DNA of 62,796 nucleotides from Kiritimatiellia bacterium (lineage in GTDB: Bacteria > Verrucomicrobiota > Kiritimatiellia > RFP12 > UBA1067), in assembly GCA_024405395.1 (NCBI GenBank), contig JAKSOW010000002.1, forward strand, positions 1 through 62,796, written 5' to 3'. Shown one piece after another: positions 13,820 to 23,189 of the stretch (position 1 is the first letter of the stretch; every line of letters starts with the position of its first letter). The notes beneath the pieces are model-generated. The model worked only from the letters and a program-made list of their open reading frames with translations, was not told the origin of the DNA and searched no databases. A program made the position numbers and the translations under genes.

Positions 13820-16800
13820 ATGAAGAAAGGATGTCATGCTATGACGACCGCAGCCCTAAGGGAGAAGTCGAATACTGGAGATTCGCATGGTTTGATTCTT
13901 TCTCTCATGGTTATGGTGGGGATGTCGTCGGCGATTTCCGGGGCGGCGACACCGGTGACCTGGACGAATACCTTTGCCTATGCCGACGAGCTCTCCTCGC
14001 GCGCCTCGACGCAGTGGGGCAATGTCACGAACTGGGTAGACGCGGGTGGCGCAATGCCGACGGTTGCCCCTACCAATGGCGTAGACCAGTTCGCCGTCAC
14101 GCTGGCACCGCATGCCTATGTCTATGACGCGGAAGGCAAGAAGGTCCTTGACGAGGGCTACCGTAAGCTCATCACGACGGGATCCTGGAGCGGCAGCGAC
14201 AGCAATATCCGTCTCGACTATCCTGCCGTCGATCCCGCGATTGCGTCCATTGAGGGGCCTGCCAGCTATCGCATCACCCACACGGTGATGTCCACCTACA
14301 AGCAGCAGAAGGCCCGCGTCTTCACGGTAGGGGATCCGAACAATTTCCTTGGCTGGTGGGCGACGGGAGATGCCTATGCCTGGTTTCGGCTGCTCGCCAC
14401 GGAGACCTTTACGCCCACCCTGCAGGGACTCTATACGTCACGTCGCCCGTATGTCGACGTGCCAGCGGCCGGCACAACGGCTGCTGTGGCGGCATTGGGC
14501 GAGGGTGGCAGCCTCGACAAGGTGGGGCCTGGCACGCTGCAGGTTGGACCGTCCGCGGATCCTTCGAGCGGGTTCCTGGTTGAAGAAGGCACGCTGGAGT
14601 TGAGGGGACGGGACGAAGGGGAGCTCGCGCGCATTCTCAACCTTGCGGCGTTGCATCTTGATGCGGACAACGAATCGACGCTCGTCTACACGAATGTGGT
14701 CGAGGAGCCTGGTTATCGATTTGTCGACCGCTGGAATGACGTGCGCGGCAATGGCAACTATGCCTACTTCCCCGACTTCCGTTACGGGAATCCGGCCTCT
14801 GAATACGCCGTCTACTACTATCCCTACACCTTGCCGCCGTTTGAGAGCCCGGCGACGTCGCCGACCGGCAGGCGGCTTATTGATTTCGGTTCGAAATTCG
14901 CCGACAAGGGGGCGCTTGGGCCGTCCAATTGCGTGCTGAAGCTCAACAAGGCCGTGACGGGCATCAGCGACGCCTTTGTGGTGGAATGGGATCCCAAGGG
15001 CGGCACGGATGTGACGCTTCTGGGCGGGTTGGGCGGAGCGACGCTTGACTACAATCGCAAGGGACTCTATCTTTGGGGGCCATCGCAGCATCAGCTGAAC
15101 AACGGCTTCAAGACCTGCGAAGTCATCTTCAACGACGGCGTCTACTGGTGGAACGATCCTGTGCTCAAGTGCGCCTCGCTCACCAATCTCTTCACGGCCT
15201 GCTTCTCCAGCGAGGCGACGGGACGCGTGGAGGCGCTTGGTACGGATCGCTACTACTTGAGCCGCTCCAACCGCACGCGGGCGGGTGAGATCATCCTCTT
15301 CACGAATTCCCTCACGCGCGCCGAGCGGCTGATCGTCTCGCGTTATCTGGAGGCGAAATGGCGTACGGGCCTGCCGCACGACTTGGACGGCTATTCGGCC
15401 GTCACGGCAGCCGGGGCCAAGATTGCCGTCGATGAAGGCCATACGGCCTATCTCGCCACCGTGACCGCGACGAACGGCACATTCGTGAAGGCGGGCGCGG
15501 GCACATTGGCCGTTGAGCAGCTCTCGCCGGCCGGGGTGGCCGTTGTACAGGAGGCGGGCACGGTGAAGTTCACCCAGAAGCTGCGCGCCCCCACGTCGAC
15601 GGGGCCCGCTGCAGACGCCTACATCTGGCTCGATGCATCGGATGCGGCCGACTTCACCTTTGAGGACGGCAGTGATACGCGCGTGACCGTCTGGCGTGAC
15701 CACCGCGCAGACAAGACCGTCGTGGCGACGGCGTGCGATGACCAGAAACTTGGCAATCTGCCGACCTTGCAGCGTGCGGCGGTCAATGGAAAGGCCGTTG
15801 TTTCGATGGGGCGCAGTGCCGCAAGTCAGCAGGCCTATTTCGCCTTGCCTACCTGGACAGACGCCGCCAAATACGTCTATGCCGGCTTCATGGTGCTGCG
15901 TCCGTCCGTGGCGGGTAGCACGAGCCACAACTATTTCGGGTCCAGCGATCTGACGATGATGCGCAACTCGGGATATGGCATCCTCAGCGCCACCTATAAG
16001 CAAGCCGATGCGTTGGCGGCGCGTTGGACCATCAATGGTGATGTGGTGGACCCTATGGCGCGCCAGAGCGCCTACACGCGGCAGACCAATGACTTCTTCG
16101 TGCTGTCGTTCCTTTCCTCGCAGCCACTTGTCATGAACGCCATCAACAAGGACCGCAGGGGGCAGCAGGCCGCAGGATGCGGTGACATCGAGGTGGGAGA
16201 GGTCCTGGTCTACCACCGCAAGCTCGACATAGAGGAATTCCGCGACACGGAGGCCTACCTCATGAAGAAGTGGTTGGGCAAGGAGCATCCGGCGGTGGGG
16301 GCTGCGCACATTTCGTCCCTCATGGCCGCCGATGGTCAGGACGCCGTCCTGGATGCCGATCGCGATATCGTCGTTGACGAGGTGGTCGCCACTGGCGAGA
16401 AATTCGTCAAGAAGGGGACCGGCTCCGCCGACGTCCGGCAGATGCCCGTCGACACGCCGCCCATGGCTCTTGCCGTGGAGGGCGGTGCGCTCAAGCCGAA
16501 ATTCGCCTTCAATCCCGACAACTCGGCGCTGTTCCATTTCGACGCCAGCAATGTGGATTCGATGCGTCTCCAGGTTTCCGATGACCAGGCCGTCACCAAT
16601 GTCACGCACTGGTACGACTCGCGTGGAAATGGGCTCTACGCGCGTTCCGAATGGGATGCGCAGACGACCTATGCGAAGGACCGGTCCGAAACGTCGTTTG
16701 CCTTTGCCGTGACGGATCCCAAGCTGGTGACGGTGACTTTGGCCGAAGGCGTAACGGGCCTGGCCCTTGACTTCGGCACAAAGCGGAACTGCCAGGACAA

Positions 16801-17773
16801 GCCGACCGCCGCCGCCACATCCACGACCGCCGCGGCCATGCGCTTCTATGACGCCAACGTCAAGCGGACGAACGGGGACGACTCCGAAACCAGATATGAT
16901 ACGGTCCAGGAGACGTTCCTGGTGGTTGCCCGCCATGGTTCGCAAGGAAACAACCTCATCGGTGATGCGAGTGCCGCCGGTACGACAACAGACGCCGCCG
17001 GACGCCTTTTGCCCAATGGCGGCAACTACATGAGCGTCAGCACGCTGGCATATCCGAGCTACAGCTATTTGACGCTCACCAACGATTCGGGCACGGTCTT
17101 CGTGAATGGAGAGAGCGTGAAGGGTTCGACCTACACGTTCACGGAGGCCATGGGCTTCAAGCTGATCGAATACCGTCCGGGCGGCAATACGCGCGTGGGC
17201 GCGCTTGCGCTCGACCGCAACTGCAATGCGGGCGGCTGCTACATCTGCGAGGTGATCGGTTTCGACCATGTGCTGACGGATGCCGAACGTACGCAGTTGC
17301 GCGCGCAACTTCAGAACAAGTGGTTTGGGCTTGAATTGCCGCCGCGCACATTCACGTCCATAGAAGTCGTCCCGGGGGCGTCGCTGGACATGGGCACGGC
17401 AGACCTTGCCGTTTCCTCGGTCTCGGGTGGCGGTCTGTTGACCTGCGGTGGATTGACGCTAGCCGGCTTCGAGGCCGCGGCGGAGATCGCCGTTGCCTAC
17501 CATTCGGCAGAGGATGTGGATTGCTTTACTGTGACAAGCCCTGTGTCGTTCCCGAATGGCGTGAAGGTGTCGGTGTCGTTTGCGGGCGTGAACATGGCGG
17601 ACGTGGTGCCGGGCGAATGGCCGATCTTCACGGCCCCGGGCCTGACGCTGGCGCCGCATGCGCTTTCCTTCGAGCACGACTATGCGGGCACGCGCTGCGT
17701 CTCGATTGTTCGTAGTGGCAACACCCTGTTGCTGCGTGTGATGCCGCGTGGCACCACAATCATTTTCCGCTGA
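13820..17773 (+). CDS. giant secreted autotransporter-associated beta-strand-repeat (PATR) protein with three LamG-like modules (paralog P1)
   Basis: The ORF opens at TTG 13775; in-frame ATGs at 13820 and 13841 precede the signal-like stretch GLILSLMVMVGMSSAISGA. PATR-type units: KVGPGTLQVG...EEGTLELRG, VKAGAGTLAVE...EAGTVKF. Three LamG-type endings: SLTRAERLIVSRYLEAKW, KLDIEEFRDTEAYLMKKW, VLTDAERTQLRAQLQNKW. Confidence 0.75.
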   Translation: MKKGCHAMTTAALREKSNTGDSHGLILSLMVMVGMSSAISGAATPVTWTNTFAYADELSSRASTQWGNVTNWVDAGGAMPTVAPTNGVDQFAVTLAPHAYVYDAEGKKVLDEGYRKLITTGSWSGSDSNIRLDYPAVDPAIASIEGPASYRITHTVMSTYKQQKARVFTVGDPNNFLGWWATGDAYAWFRLLATETFTPTLQGLYTSRRPYVDVPAAGTTAAVAALGEGGSLDKVGPGTLQVGPSADPSSGFLVEEGTLELRGRDEGELARILNLAALHLDADNESTLVYTNVVEEPGYRFVDRWNDVRGNGNYAYFPDFRYGNPASEYAVYYYPYTLPPFESPATSPTGRRLIDFGSKFADKGALGPSNCVLKLNKAVTGISDAFVVEWDPKGGTDVTLLGGLGGATLDYNRKGLYLWGPSQHQLNNGFKTCEVIFNDGVYWWNDPVLKCASLTNLFTACFSSEATGRVEALGTDRYYLSRSNRTRAGEIILFTNSLTRAERLIVSRYLEAKWRTGLPHDLDGYSAVTAAGAKIAVDEGHTAYLATVTATNGTFVKAGAGTLAVEQLSPAGVAVVQEAGTVKFTQKLRAPTSTGPAADAYIWLDASDAADFTFEDGSDTRVTVWRDHRADKTVVATACDDQKLGNLPTLQRAAVNGKAVVSMGRSAASQQAYFALPTWTDAAKYVYAGFMVLRPSVAGSTSHNYFGSSDLTMMRNSGYGILSATYKQADALAARWTINGDVVDPMARQSAYTRQTNDFFVLSFLSSQPLVMNAINKDRRGQQAAGCGDIEVGEVLVYHRKLDIEEFRDTEAYLMKKWLGKEHPAVGAAHISSLMAADGQDAVLDADRDIVVDEVVATGEKFVKKGTGSADVRQMPVDTPPMALAVEGGALKPKFAFNPDNSALFHFDASNVDSMRLQVSDDQAVTNVTHWYDSRGNGLYARSEWDAQTTYAKDRSETSFAFAVTDPKLVTVTLAEGVTGLALDFGTKRNCQDKPTAAATSTTAAAMRFYDANVKRTNGDDSETRYDTVQETFLVVARHGSQGNNLIGDASAAGTTTDAAGRLLPNGGNYMSVSTLAYPSYSYLTLTNDSGTVFVNGESVKGSTYTFTEAMGFKLIEYRPGGNTRVGALALDRNCNAGGCYICEVIGFDHVLTDAERTQLRAQLQNKWFGLELPPRTFTSIEVVPGASLDMGTADLAVSSVSGGGLLTCGGLTLAGFEAAAEIAVAYHSAEDVDCFTVTSPVSFPNGVKVSVSFAGVNMADVVPGEWPIFTAPGLTLAPHALSFEHDYAGTRCVSIVRSGNTLLLRVMPRGTTIIFR

Positions 17774-17789
17774 GTAAGGAACTCTCAAT

Positions 17790-20321
17790 ATGAAAACTTC
17801 TGTCCTGATGATGATGGGCGCCACTCTCATGTGCGCGACCACGGTGTTGGCCGCCACCTACACGGTGGAGGTGGACGATGCGCACACTTTCGAATCGCCG
17901 CTTGAGCTGGCGAATGCGTCGGTGAGCGTGGATGGCGCGGAGGCGGTTGCGTTTTCGACGCTTCTGGACGGCGAGGGGAAATTCACCGCTTCCGGCACGT
18001 TTGTGAAAACGGGACCAGGTTTTCTCGTCTCCTCGCCGGCGATGGCGAACTTCACCGGGGAAATCCGCATCGCGGCCGGTGCGCTCATTGCGTGCGCGGG
18101 AGGCGATCTCGGGCCGAGTGTCGTTTCCTCTGCGCCACTGGTGACGGTCTCGGACGGCGCCACGCTCGTCTTCTCCACGCCCAAGAAGTGCGGCTTCTAC
18201 AACTCGCTTGTGCTTGCGGGCGAAGGCGTGTCGTTGGCAGGCAAGAAAATGGGCGTCCTGTGCCTCAATTCCGCTGTCCATCAGCAGGACTATTTCTTCT
18301 ACGCAGGATGGGAGCTTACAGGCGACGCCACATTCACGTCGATGACGGACATGCGCATGGACATCGGGGACCGCACCGTGAAGTTGAACGGGCATGTGCT
18401 CACCTTTAGACCGTATGACCGGAAGGGCGGGCAGATCTGCATGAGCGGCACCGTCGTGACGCCTGGCGTTGGCGGCAAGATCGAGATACAGGGCAGCTGC
18501 CGCCTCCAGTCGCAGGCCAACGGTACCTGGAACGGCGACGCCTCCAATGAATTGGTGTTCAATGACAGTTCGTATATCGGCTACTACAACAATGGCGTGA
18601 AGGCACCCTGGACAATGGTGTGGAACACCACGGGAGCGCTCTCGCCGGGCGGCACCCTAGGGTCGACACCGGGTGGCTGGGCGAAGACGAACTACCTGTA
18701 TTGGACGGGCCCGGTTCGCATCGCGGGCGACATGCTTAAGATCTCCGGCGGCGAGACGCAGCGTACCTATGCGTTTCGTGGCCCTGTTTCGGGCAGTGGC
18801 GGCATCTATTGCTACGCCTCCTGGCTGCATCTCGTCGACCCTGCCAATACGTTTGAGGGGCCGGTTGTCGTGTCCGATCCGGGAAAGAGACCATCCGGAC
18901 TCTGCCTCTACAATCCGGGCGCTCTGCCGCGGAACGGGCATCCGACCACGATCACGAACGCGCCGCTCATGATGGCGGCGAATGGCGCGTATGCGCTGCC
19001 GGCGCTCGCGTATCACGTGGCCAGCGGCACGAACTTCAGCATCACGGGTGGCAGCCTTGGTTCGTCGGCGGAATCGCTCAGGAAGACCGGCGCCGGACGG
19101 CTTACGGTGGCGGCGCCGCTCGCCATCTCGGACGTCCTCAGGCTAGAGGAAGGCACCGTGACGCTGCCGCCGGTGAAGGGTACGCTTCATTCGGGTGTGC
19201 CGGGGCTTTGGCGTGGTGTGCTGCTGCCGCCCTGCACAAACAGCGCAGGCGATCTTGTGTCGCTTGTGACGAATGCAAGTGGGGCGATCGTTCCGCCCGA
19301 CGGAGCATATTTTGACAAAACGCAGCCGGCGTTCATGGATCAGCCCGGCACGGCCCTTTCGAATGAAGTGGTCTCCTGCATGGACTGGATGCGCCAGACA
19401 TCCTATCCGCCGTGGACCCAGTATGGCGCGGTCTCGTGGAGCGGATATGTGTGGAACCGGTCCGCGACGAATGAGACCTGGCGTTTCGCGCAGGCGGTCT
19501 GCGGCTATTCGCGGTTCTGGCTCGATGGCGTCCGGATTCAGAGCTCAGACGACAATGGGCGCGTGTTTTTCAATGACAAGCTGATTACGCCCGGACCGCA
19601 CAGGATCGTGTTCAAGGTCTGCCCGCGCAACTACGCCGGGCCCGGGTCGATCGCGAATCCCGGCCTGCAGTCGATCAACGGGGTTTCCCAAGGCACGGGC
19701 ACAAAGTTCTATACCTGGGGACCGAAGATGGGCTTTGCGATCGACTTCGAGGGGCGGGGTTCCACGAATGTGGTCGATTTCACCTTCCCCGAGAATGCCG
19801 ACGTGGGCTATGTCGCGGGGGGTGACGGTTCTCGCTTCACGCGCGATGCCCGTGACACCGCCGACTTTGACGCGGAGGAGCTGGCGGCGATGGTTCGCTC
19901 GGGCGTAACCTACTCGAACATCGTGGCAAAGGCGGGAACCACGATTGACCTTGGTGAAGGAAACGAATATCCGCTGCCGGTGCGCGCGTTCACGGGCACG
20001 ACCCAGGTTTTGAATGGTTCGCTGCGCATCGTCAAGGCGTTCAACCTCGTGGCGGTGGACAACAAGGCCTCGCCGCTGACGGTGACGGACGGCAAGCTGC
20101 TCTTCGATGCGGACGCGGAGATTTCGGTGGATGATGGTGCCGGATTCGGAAGTGAGCATGGCGTGCCGGTGGTGGTCGCGCGTGCAACAGCCGGCATCGA
20201 GGGGCTGCCCACACCGACCGCCAACTTCCTGGCCGCGCGCTGCCGACTGGCGAAGTCCGCCGACGGAAAGGAGCTCACGGTTACCGTGATGCCCAAGGGC
20301 GTAATTCTCTATTTGAAGTGA
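17790..20321 (+). CDS. secreted PATR-repeat protein with PA14-like module (paralog P2)
   Basis: Signal peptide MKTSVLMMMGATLMCATTVLA. PATR units FVKTGPGFLV...IAAGALIA and LRKTGAGRLTVAAPL...LEEGTVTL. The segment YGAVSWSGYVWNRSATNETWRFAQAVCGYSRFWLDGVRI resembles a PA14 core. It starts 16 nt after the P1 stop. Confidence 0.75.
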   Translation: MKTSVLMMMGATLMCATTVLAATYTVEVDDAHTFESPLELANASVSVDGAEAVAFSTLLDGEGKFTASGTFVKTGPGFLVSSPAMANFTGEIRIAAGALIACAGGDLGPSVVSSAPLVTVSDGATLVFSTPKKCGFYNSLVLAGEGVSLAGKKMGVLCLNSAVHQQDYFFYAGWELTGDATFTSMTDMRMDIGDRTVKLNGHVLTFRPYDRKGGQICMSGTVVTPGVGGKIEIQGSCRLQSQANGTWNGDASNELVFNDSSYIGYYNNGVKAPWTMVWNTTGALSPGGTLGSTPGGWAKTNYLYWTGPVRIAGDMLKISGGETQRTYAFRGPVSGSGGIYCYASWLHLVDPANTFEGPVVVSDPGKRPSGLCLYNPGALPRNGHPTTITNAPLMMAANGAYALPALAYHVASGTNFSITGGSLGSSAESLRKTGAGRLTVAAPLAISDVLRLEEGTVTLPPVKGTLHSGVPGLWRGVLLPPCTNSAGDLVSLVTNASGAIVPPDGAYFDKTQPAFMDQPGTALSNEVVSCMDWMRQTSYPPWTQYGAVSWSGYVWNRSATNETWRFAQAVCGYSRFWLDGVRIQSSDDNGRVFFNDKLITPGPHRIVFKVCPRNYAGPGSIANPGLQSINGVSQGTGTKFYTWGPKMGFAIDFEGRGSTNVVDFTFPENADVGYVAGGDGSRFTRDARDTADFDAEELAAMVRSGVTYSNIVAKAGTTIDLGEGNEYPLPVRAFTGTTQVLNGSLRIVKAFNLVAVDNKASPLTVTDGKLLFDADAEISVDDGAGFGSEHGVPVVVARATAGIEGLPTPTANFLAARCRLAKSADGKELTVTVMPKGVILYLK

Positions 20322-20362
20322 TGATGTGTGGATGACGGCGTAGTCAAGAAGGCAAGGATCCC

Positions 20363-23143
20363 ATGATCAGAAGAAATTGTTTGCGGGCGAGTTTGCTGGT
20401 ATTGGGCGCGTGTGTGGGGGGCGCGTCTCTGCAGGCGACTGAATTCATCTGGACCGGCAAAGCCGGGGACGGCGATTGGACGAATCCCACGAATTGGCAG
20501 TTCAGGAATGCTGCGGGCGACCACGGTTCCCCGCAAGCCGGCGACTCCATCTGGGTGTCCGTCAACTATCCTATGACGCTGGACGCCTCGAATGCGGCCA
20601 ACCTGGCCGTTCTCAACAGTGTGGACAGCGTGAACATTGCGGAATCTACGAGCTACTTCACGATTACGGTGCCATCTGCTACGGAGGCAACCATCTCCGT
20701 GCCCGTCTGGGGCGGCTATGGCGCGAGCGGGAGGGGTGATCCTTTGCGCGGAAACTTGACGGTTCAGGGCGGCGGTACGCTGCATCTGACCGCAACGGGC
20801 ATGTACGACTACTGCATGAAGAATCTTACGCTTGATGGCGCCTGCGTCTGGTTGCCGCAGAACCCCGATCTGGTGTTGACCCTGTACAGTCTGGGATCAA
20901 TCACCGTGACGAATGGCGCCACGCTGCATCTGCCCACCTGTCACGATGGCCAAAAAAACAACGGCGGAAATTATGTGAACATCGCGGCGCTTTATGGCGA
21001 CGGCACGGTGACAGCCTCAGAAGCCACGGAAGTGCGCTTCACATCCGCGGGCGGCGTTTTCGCGGGCGTGCTGGACAAGAACATCGGCCTCTTTTCCGGT
21101 GGCCGCCAATATCTGACGGGCGAAAATTCGTCGATGGCAGGAAAGGCCGCGCCGCTCGTCTACAACGCCAAGCTGCAGTGGTCGACCGGCATGGGACTTC
21201 TTGGCGTCAAGAAGTTTGGCTACGACGCCTCCGAACTTTCCTCGATCGGCAAGGGCGCCAGTTTTGCCGCGAATGTGAATGGTGCCACCTACCTCTACCT
21301 GGGAGAGGGCGAGACGACGACGAAATACTACAACATCTATCCGGCCAACAACGGTTATGATGTACTGGACGCCGGCACCTATGGCGGTCTGCAGTTCGTC
21401 ACCAACGGCGGTGTTTGGGTCAGTACAACGTCAAAGGTCTCCGCCAACAACAGTATCGTTGGTCTCAATGGCTCCAACACGACAGTTAGCGTCTTCCGTG
21501 GTCGTTATCTGGAGGACGCCGCCAACAGCAATCTGCTGACGACCGTGAAGAAGGGCACCGGCACCTGGCGTTTCGCCGATCCCGCGCTGGATGGCCTTTC
21601 GGTCGTGACCTACCGCAAATTCCGCGGCACGATCAGCGTGGATGAGGGCGTGCTGCAGTTCGACACGCTCGCGCCGCGCGGAGAATACTGTTCCGTGGGC
21701 CTCGCCACGCAGCTGAAGGGCCCCGTGCTGGGTACTTGGAGGGATCTGCCCGACGTCGACTGGGCCTTTTCGCTGGGCGGCACCAACGCGGCCCTGAAGG
21801 CGCTCGCGGAAGGCACGCTCGAGTACACGGGTACGTCTGCGGCACTCTGCGATGATCGTCGGGTTCGCCTGGAGGCCGATGGCCGTTTCCGCGCCAACGG
21901 ACCGAAGCACATCCGCTATCGTCTGGCCGAGAGTACGTCCGCTCGCGCGAAGACGCTTTCACTTGACGGCGCCTCCACTGCGACAAACGAAGTGAGCGAT
22001 CTCGTGGATTCGGCGGCTTATCCCGTCTCGCTGGTCAAGGAAGGCACGGGCAGTTGGTGTCTCGGCAACAATTCCGACATCCATGGCGATCTGACGGTCA
22101 AGGGCGGTACGCTCATCGTGCGCCAGCAGGACGTCGGCGCGAACTACACGTGGTTCCGCTTCACGGTGAAGGATCTTTTCGATTCGCCTTTGGGTATAGC
22201 CAAGGGCAATCTGTCCATGAGGTTCCTGGGCTTCTATGATGTGACGGGCCGTGACCAGACGCTCAACCTCCCGGCTTCAGAAGATGGTTTCGCCGCCTCG
22301 CTCCAGCCTGGACAATGCGCCTACGGCACGACACGCAGACACGCCAAGGGGTCGTATTCTCAGGTTCCCCATGACGACAACGTCACGAATCTCTTCCACG
22401 CCGCCACGGTCTACGACGCGAATATGCGCAATCTGGAAGGCTCCTCTAGCGGCTACTATCCGCGCCTGGACGTGCCGGCCTCCCACGTGCCGTTTGTCGT
22501 GCGTCTCACCAACGGCGCGCCCGCCATCGCCAGCTACGACTGGGCAACGACGTATGGCTGGACATCCGGCAACAAGGGCGGCTTCCACTGGATGCCGTGC
22601 CGTTGGTCGCTTGAGGGCAGTGTCGACGGACTCCACTGGGAGGACCTGAACCCCGAGGGCGGCGACTACGTCATTACGACCAACGATTGCCCGGCGGTGG
22701 CCAGGGACGGCCGCTATGTCCACACGGACACGGCGTATTCGGCGGCGTCCGCAAATGTGCACTCGGGTGGGTGGCCGATCCGCGGCACGTCCACCAATGC
22801 GTTCGCGTGCTTGAGCCATGTGCAGTCGCTGCGCGTGGATGCGGGGGCGAGCTTGGTGCTTGACGGCCCGGCGCTTACGGTTTCGCGTCTGCGCATCGAT
22901 CCGAGCCAGGGCGTGGGCACAATCGCGGGCGTCACGTTCGCCGAGACTGGCCTGGTTGAACTGGCAAGCTCTGTCACCGAGGCGAAGACGCTGCCCTGCG
23001 ACTGGTCGGCCACGTCGGGTACGGAGAATCTCTCCGGATGGTCCGTGAAGGCAGATGGGCGGATCCAGGCGCGGTGTCGCGTGAAGTACGCGGATGGCGC
23101 ACTTGTCATTCTGCCGCCCGGGCTTACCCTCTCTTTCCGCTGA
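20363..23143 (+). CDS. secreted PATR-repeat protein with discoidin (F5/8 type C)-like module (paralog P3)
   Basis: Signal peptide MIRRNCLRASLLVLGACVGGASLQA. FIWTGKAGDGDWTNPTNW is a PATR-type opening. Further PATR units: VKKGTGTWRF and LVKEGTGSWCLGN...VKGGTLIV. WMPCRWSLEGSVDGLHWEDL is discoidin-like. Confidence 0.75.
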   Translation: MIRRNCLRASLLVLGACVGGASLQATEFIWTGKAGDGDWTNPTNWQFRNAAGDHGSPQAGDSIWVSVNYPMTLDASNAANLAVLNSVDSVNIAESTSYFTITVPSATEATISVPVWGGYGASGRGDPLRGNLTVQGGGTLHLTATGMYDYCMKNLTLDGACVWLPQNPDLVLTLYSLGSITVTNGATLHLPTCHDGQKNNGGNYVNIAALYGDGTVTASEATEVRFTSAGGVFAGVLDKNIGLFSGGRQYLTGENSSMAGKAAPLVYNAKLQWSTGMGLLGVKKFGYDASELSSIGKGASFAANVNGATYLYLGEGETTTKYYNIYPANNGYDVLDAGTYGGLQFVTNGGVWVSTTSKVSANNSIVGLNGSNTTVSVFRGRYLEDAANSNLLTTVKKGTGTWRFADPALDGLSVVTYRKFRGTISVDEGVLQFDTLAPRGEYCSVGLATQLKGPVLGTWRDLPDVDWAFSLGGTNAALKALAEGTLEYTGTSAALCDDRRVRLEADGRFRANGPKHIRYRLAESTSARAKTLSLDGASTATNEVSDLVDSAAYPVSLVKEGTGSWCLGNNSDIHGDLTVKGGTLIVRQQDVGANYTWFRFTVKDLFDSPLGIAKGNLSMRFLGFYDVTGRDQTLNLPASEDGFAASLQPGQCAYGTTRRHAKGSYSQVPHDDNVTNLFHAATVYDANMRNLEGSSSGYYPRLDVPASHVPFVVRLTNGAPAIASYDWATTYGWTSGNKGGFHWMPCRWSLEGSVDGLHWEDLNPEGGDYVITTNDCPAVARDGRYVHTDTAYSAASANVHSGGWPIRGTSTNAFACLSHVQSLRVDAGASLVLDGPALTVSRLRIDPSQGVGTIAGVTFAETGLVELASSVTEAKTLPCDWSATSGTENLSGWSVKADGRIQARCRVKYADGALVILPPGLTLSFR

Positions 23144-23189
23144 TCTTTTCCGATGTGGTGCGGCAACTGCCGAATGGAGTAACGTGATC

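Noticed and set aside
14438-17308. 956-aa minus-strand ORF, plus similar long antisense ORFs at 24309-26279, 42924-44666, 47909-49576 and 60314-61783
   Set aside because: All lie fully inside + strand genes that have signal peptides and recognisable domains. Their translations are Arg-rich and low-complexity, with no start context. They are treated as GC-driven shadow ORFs.
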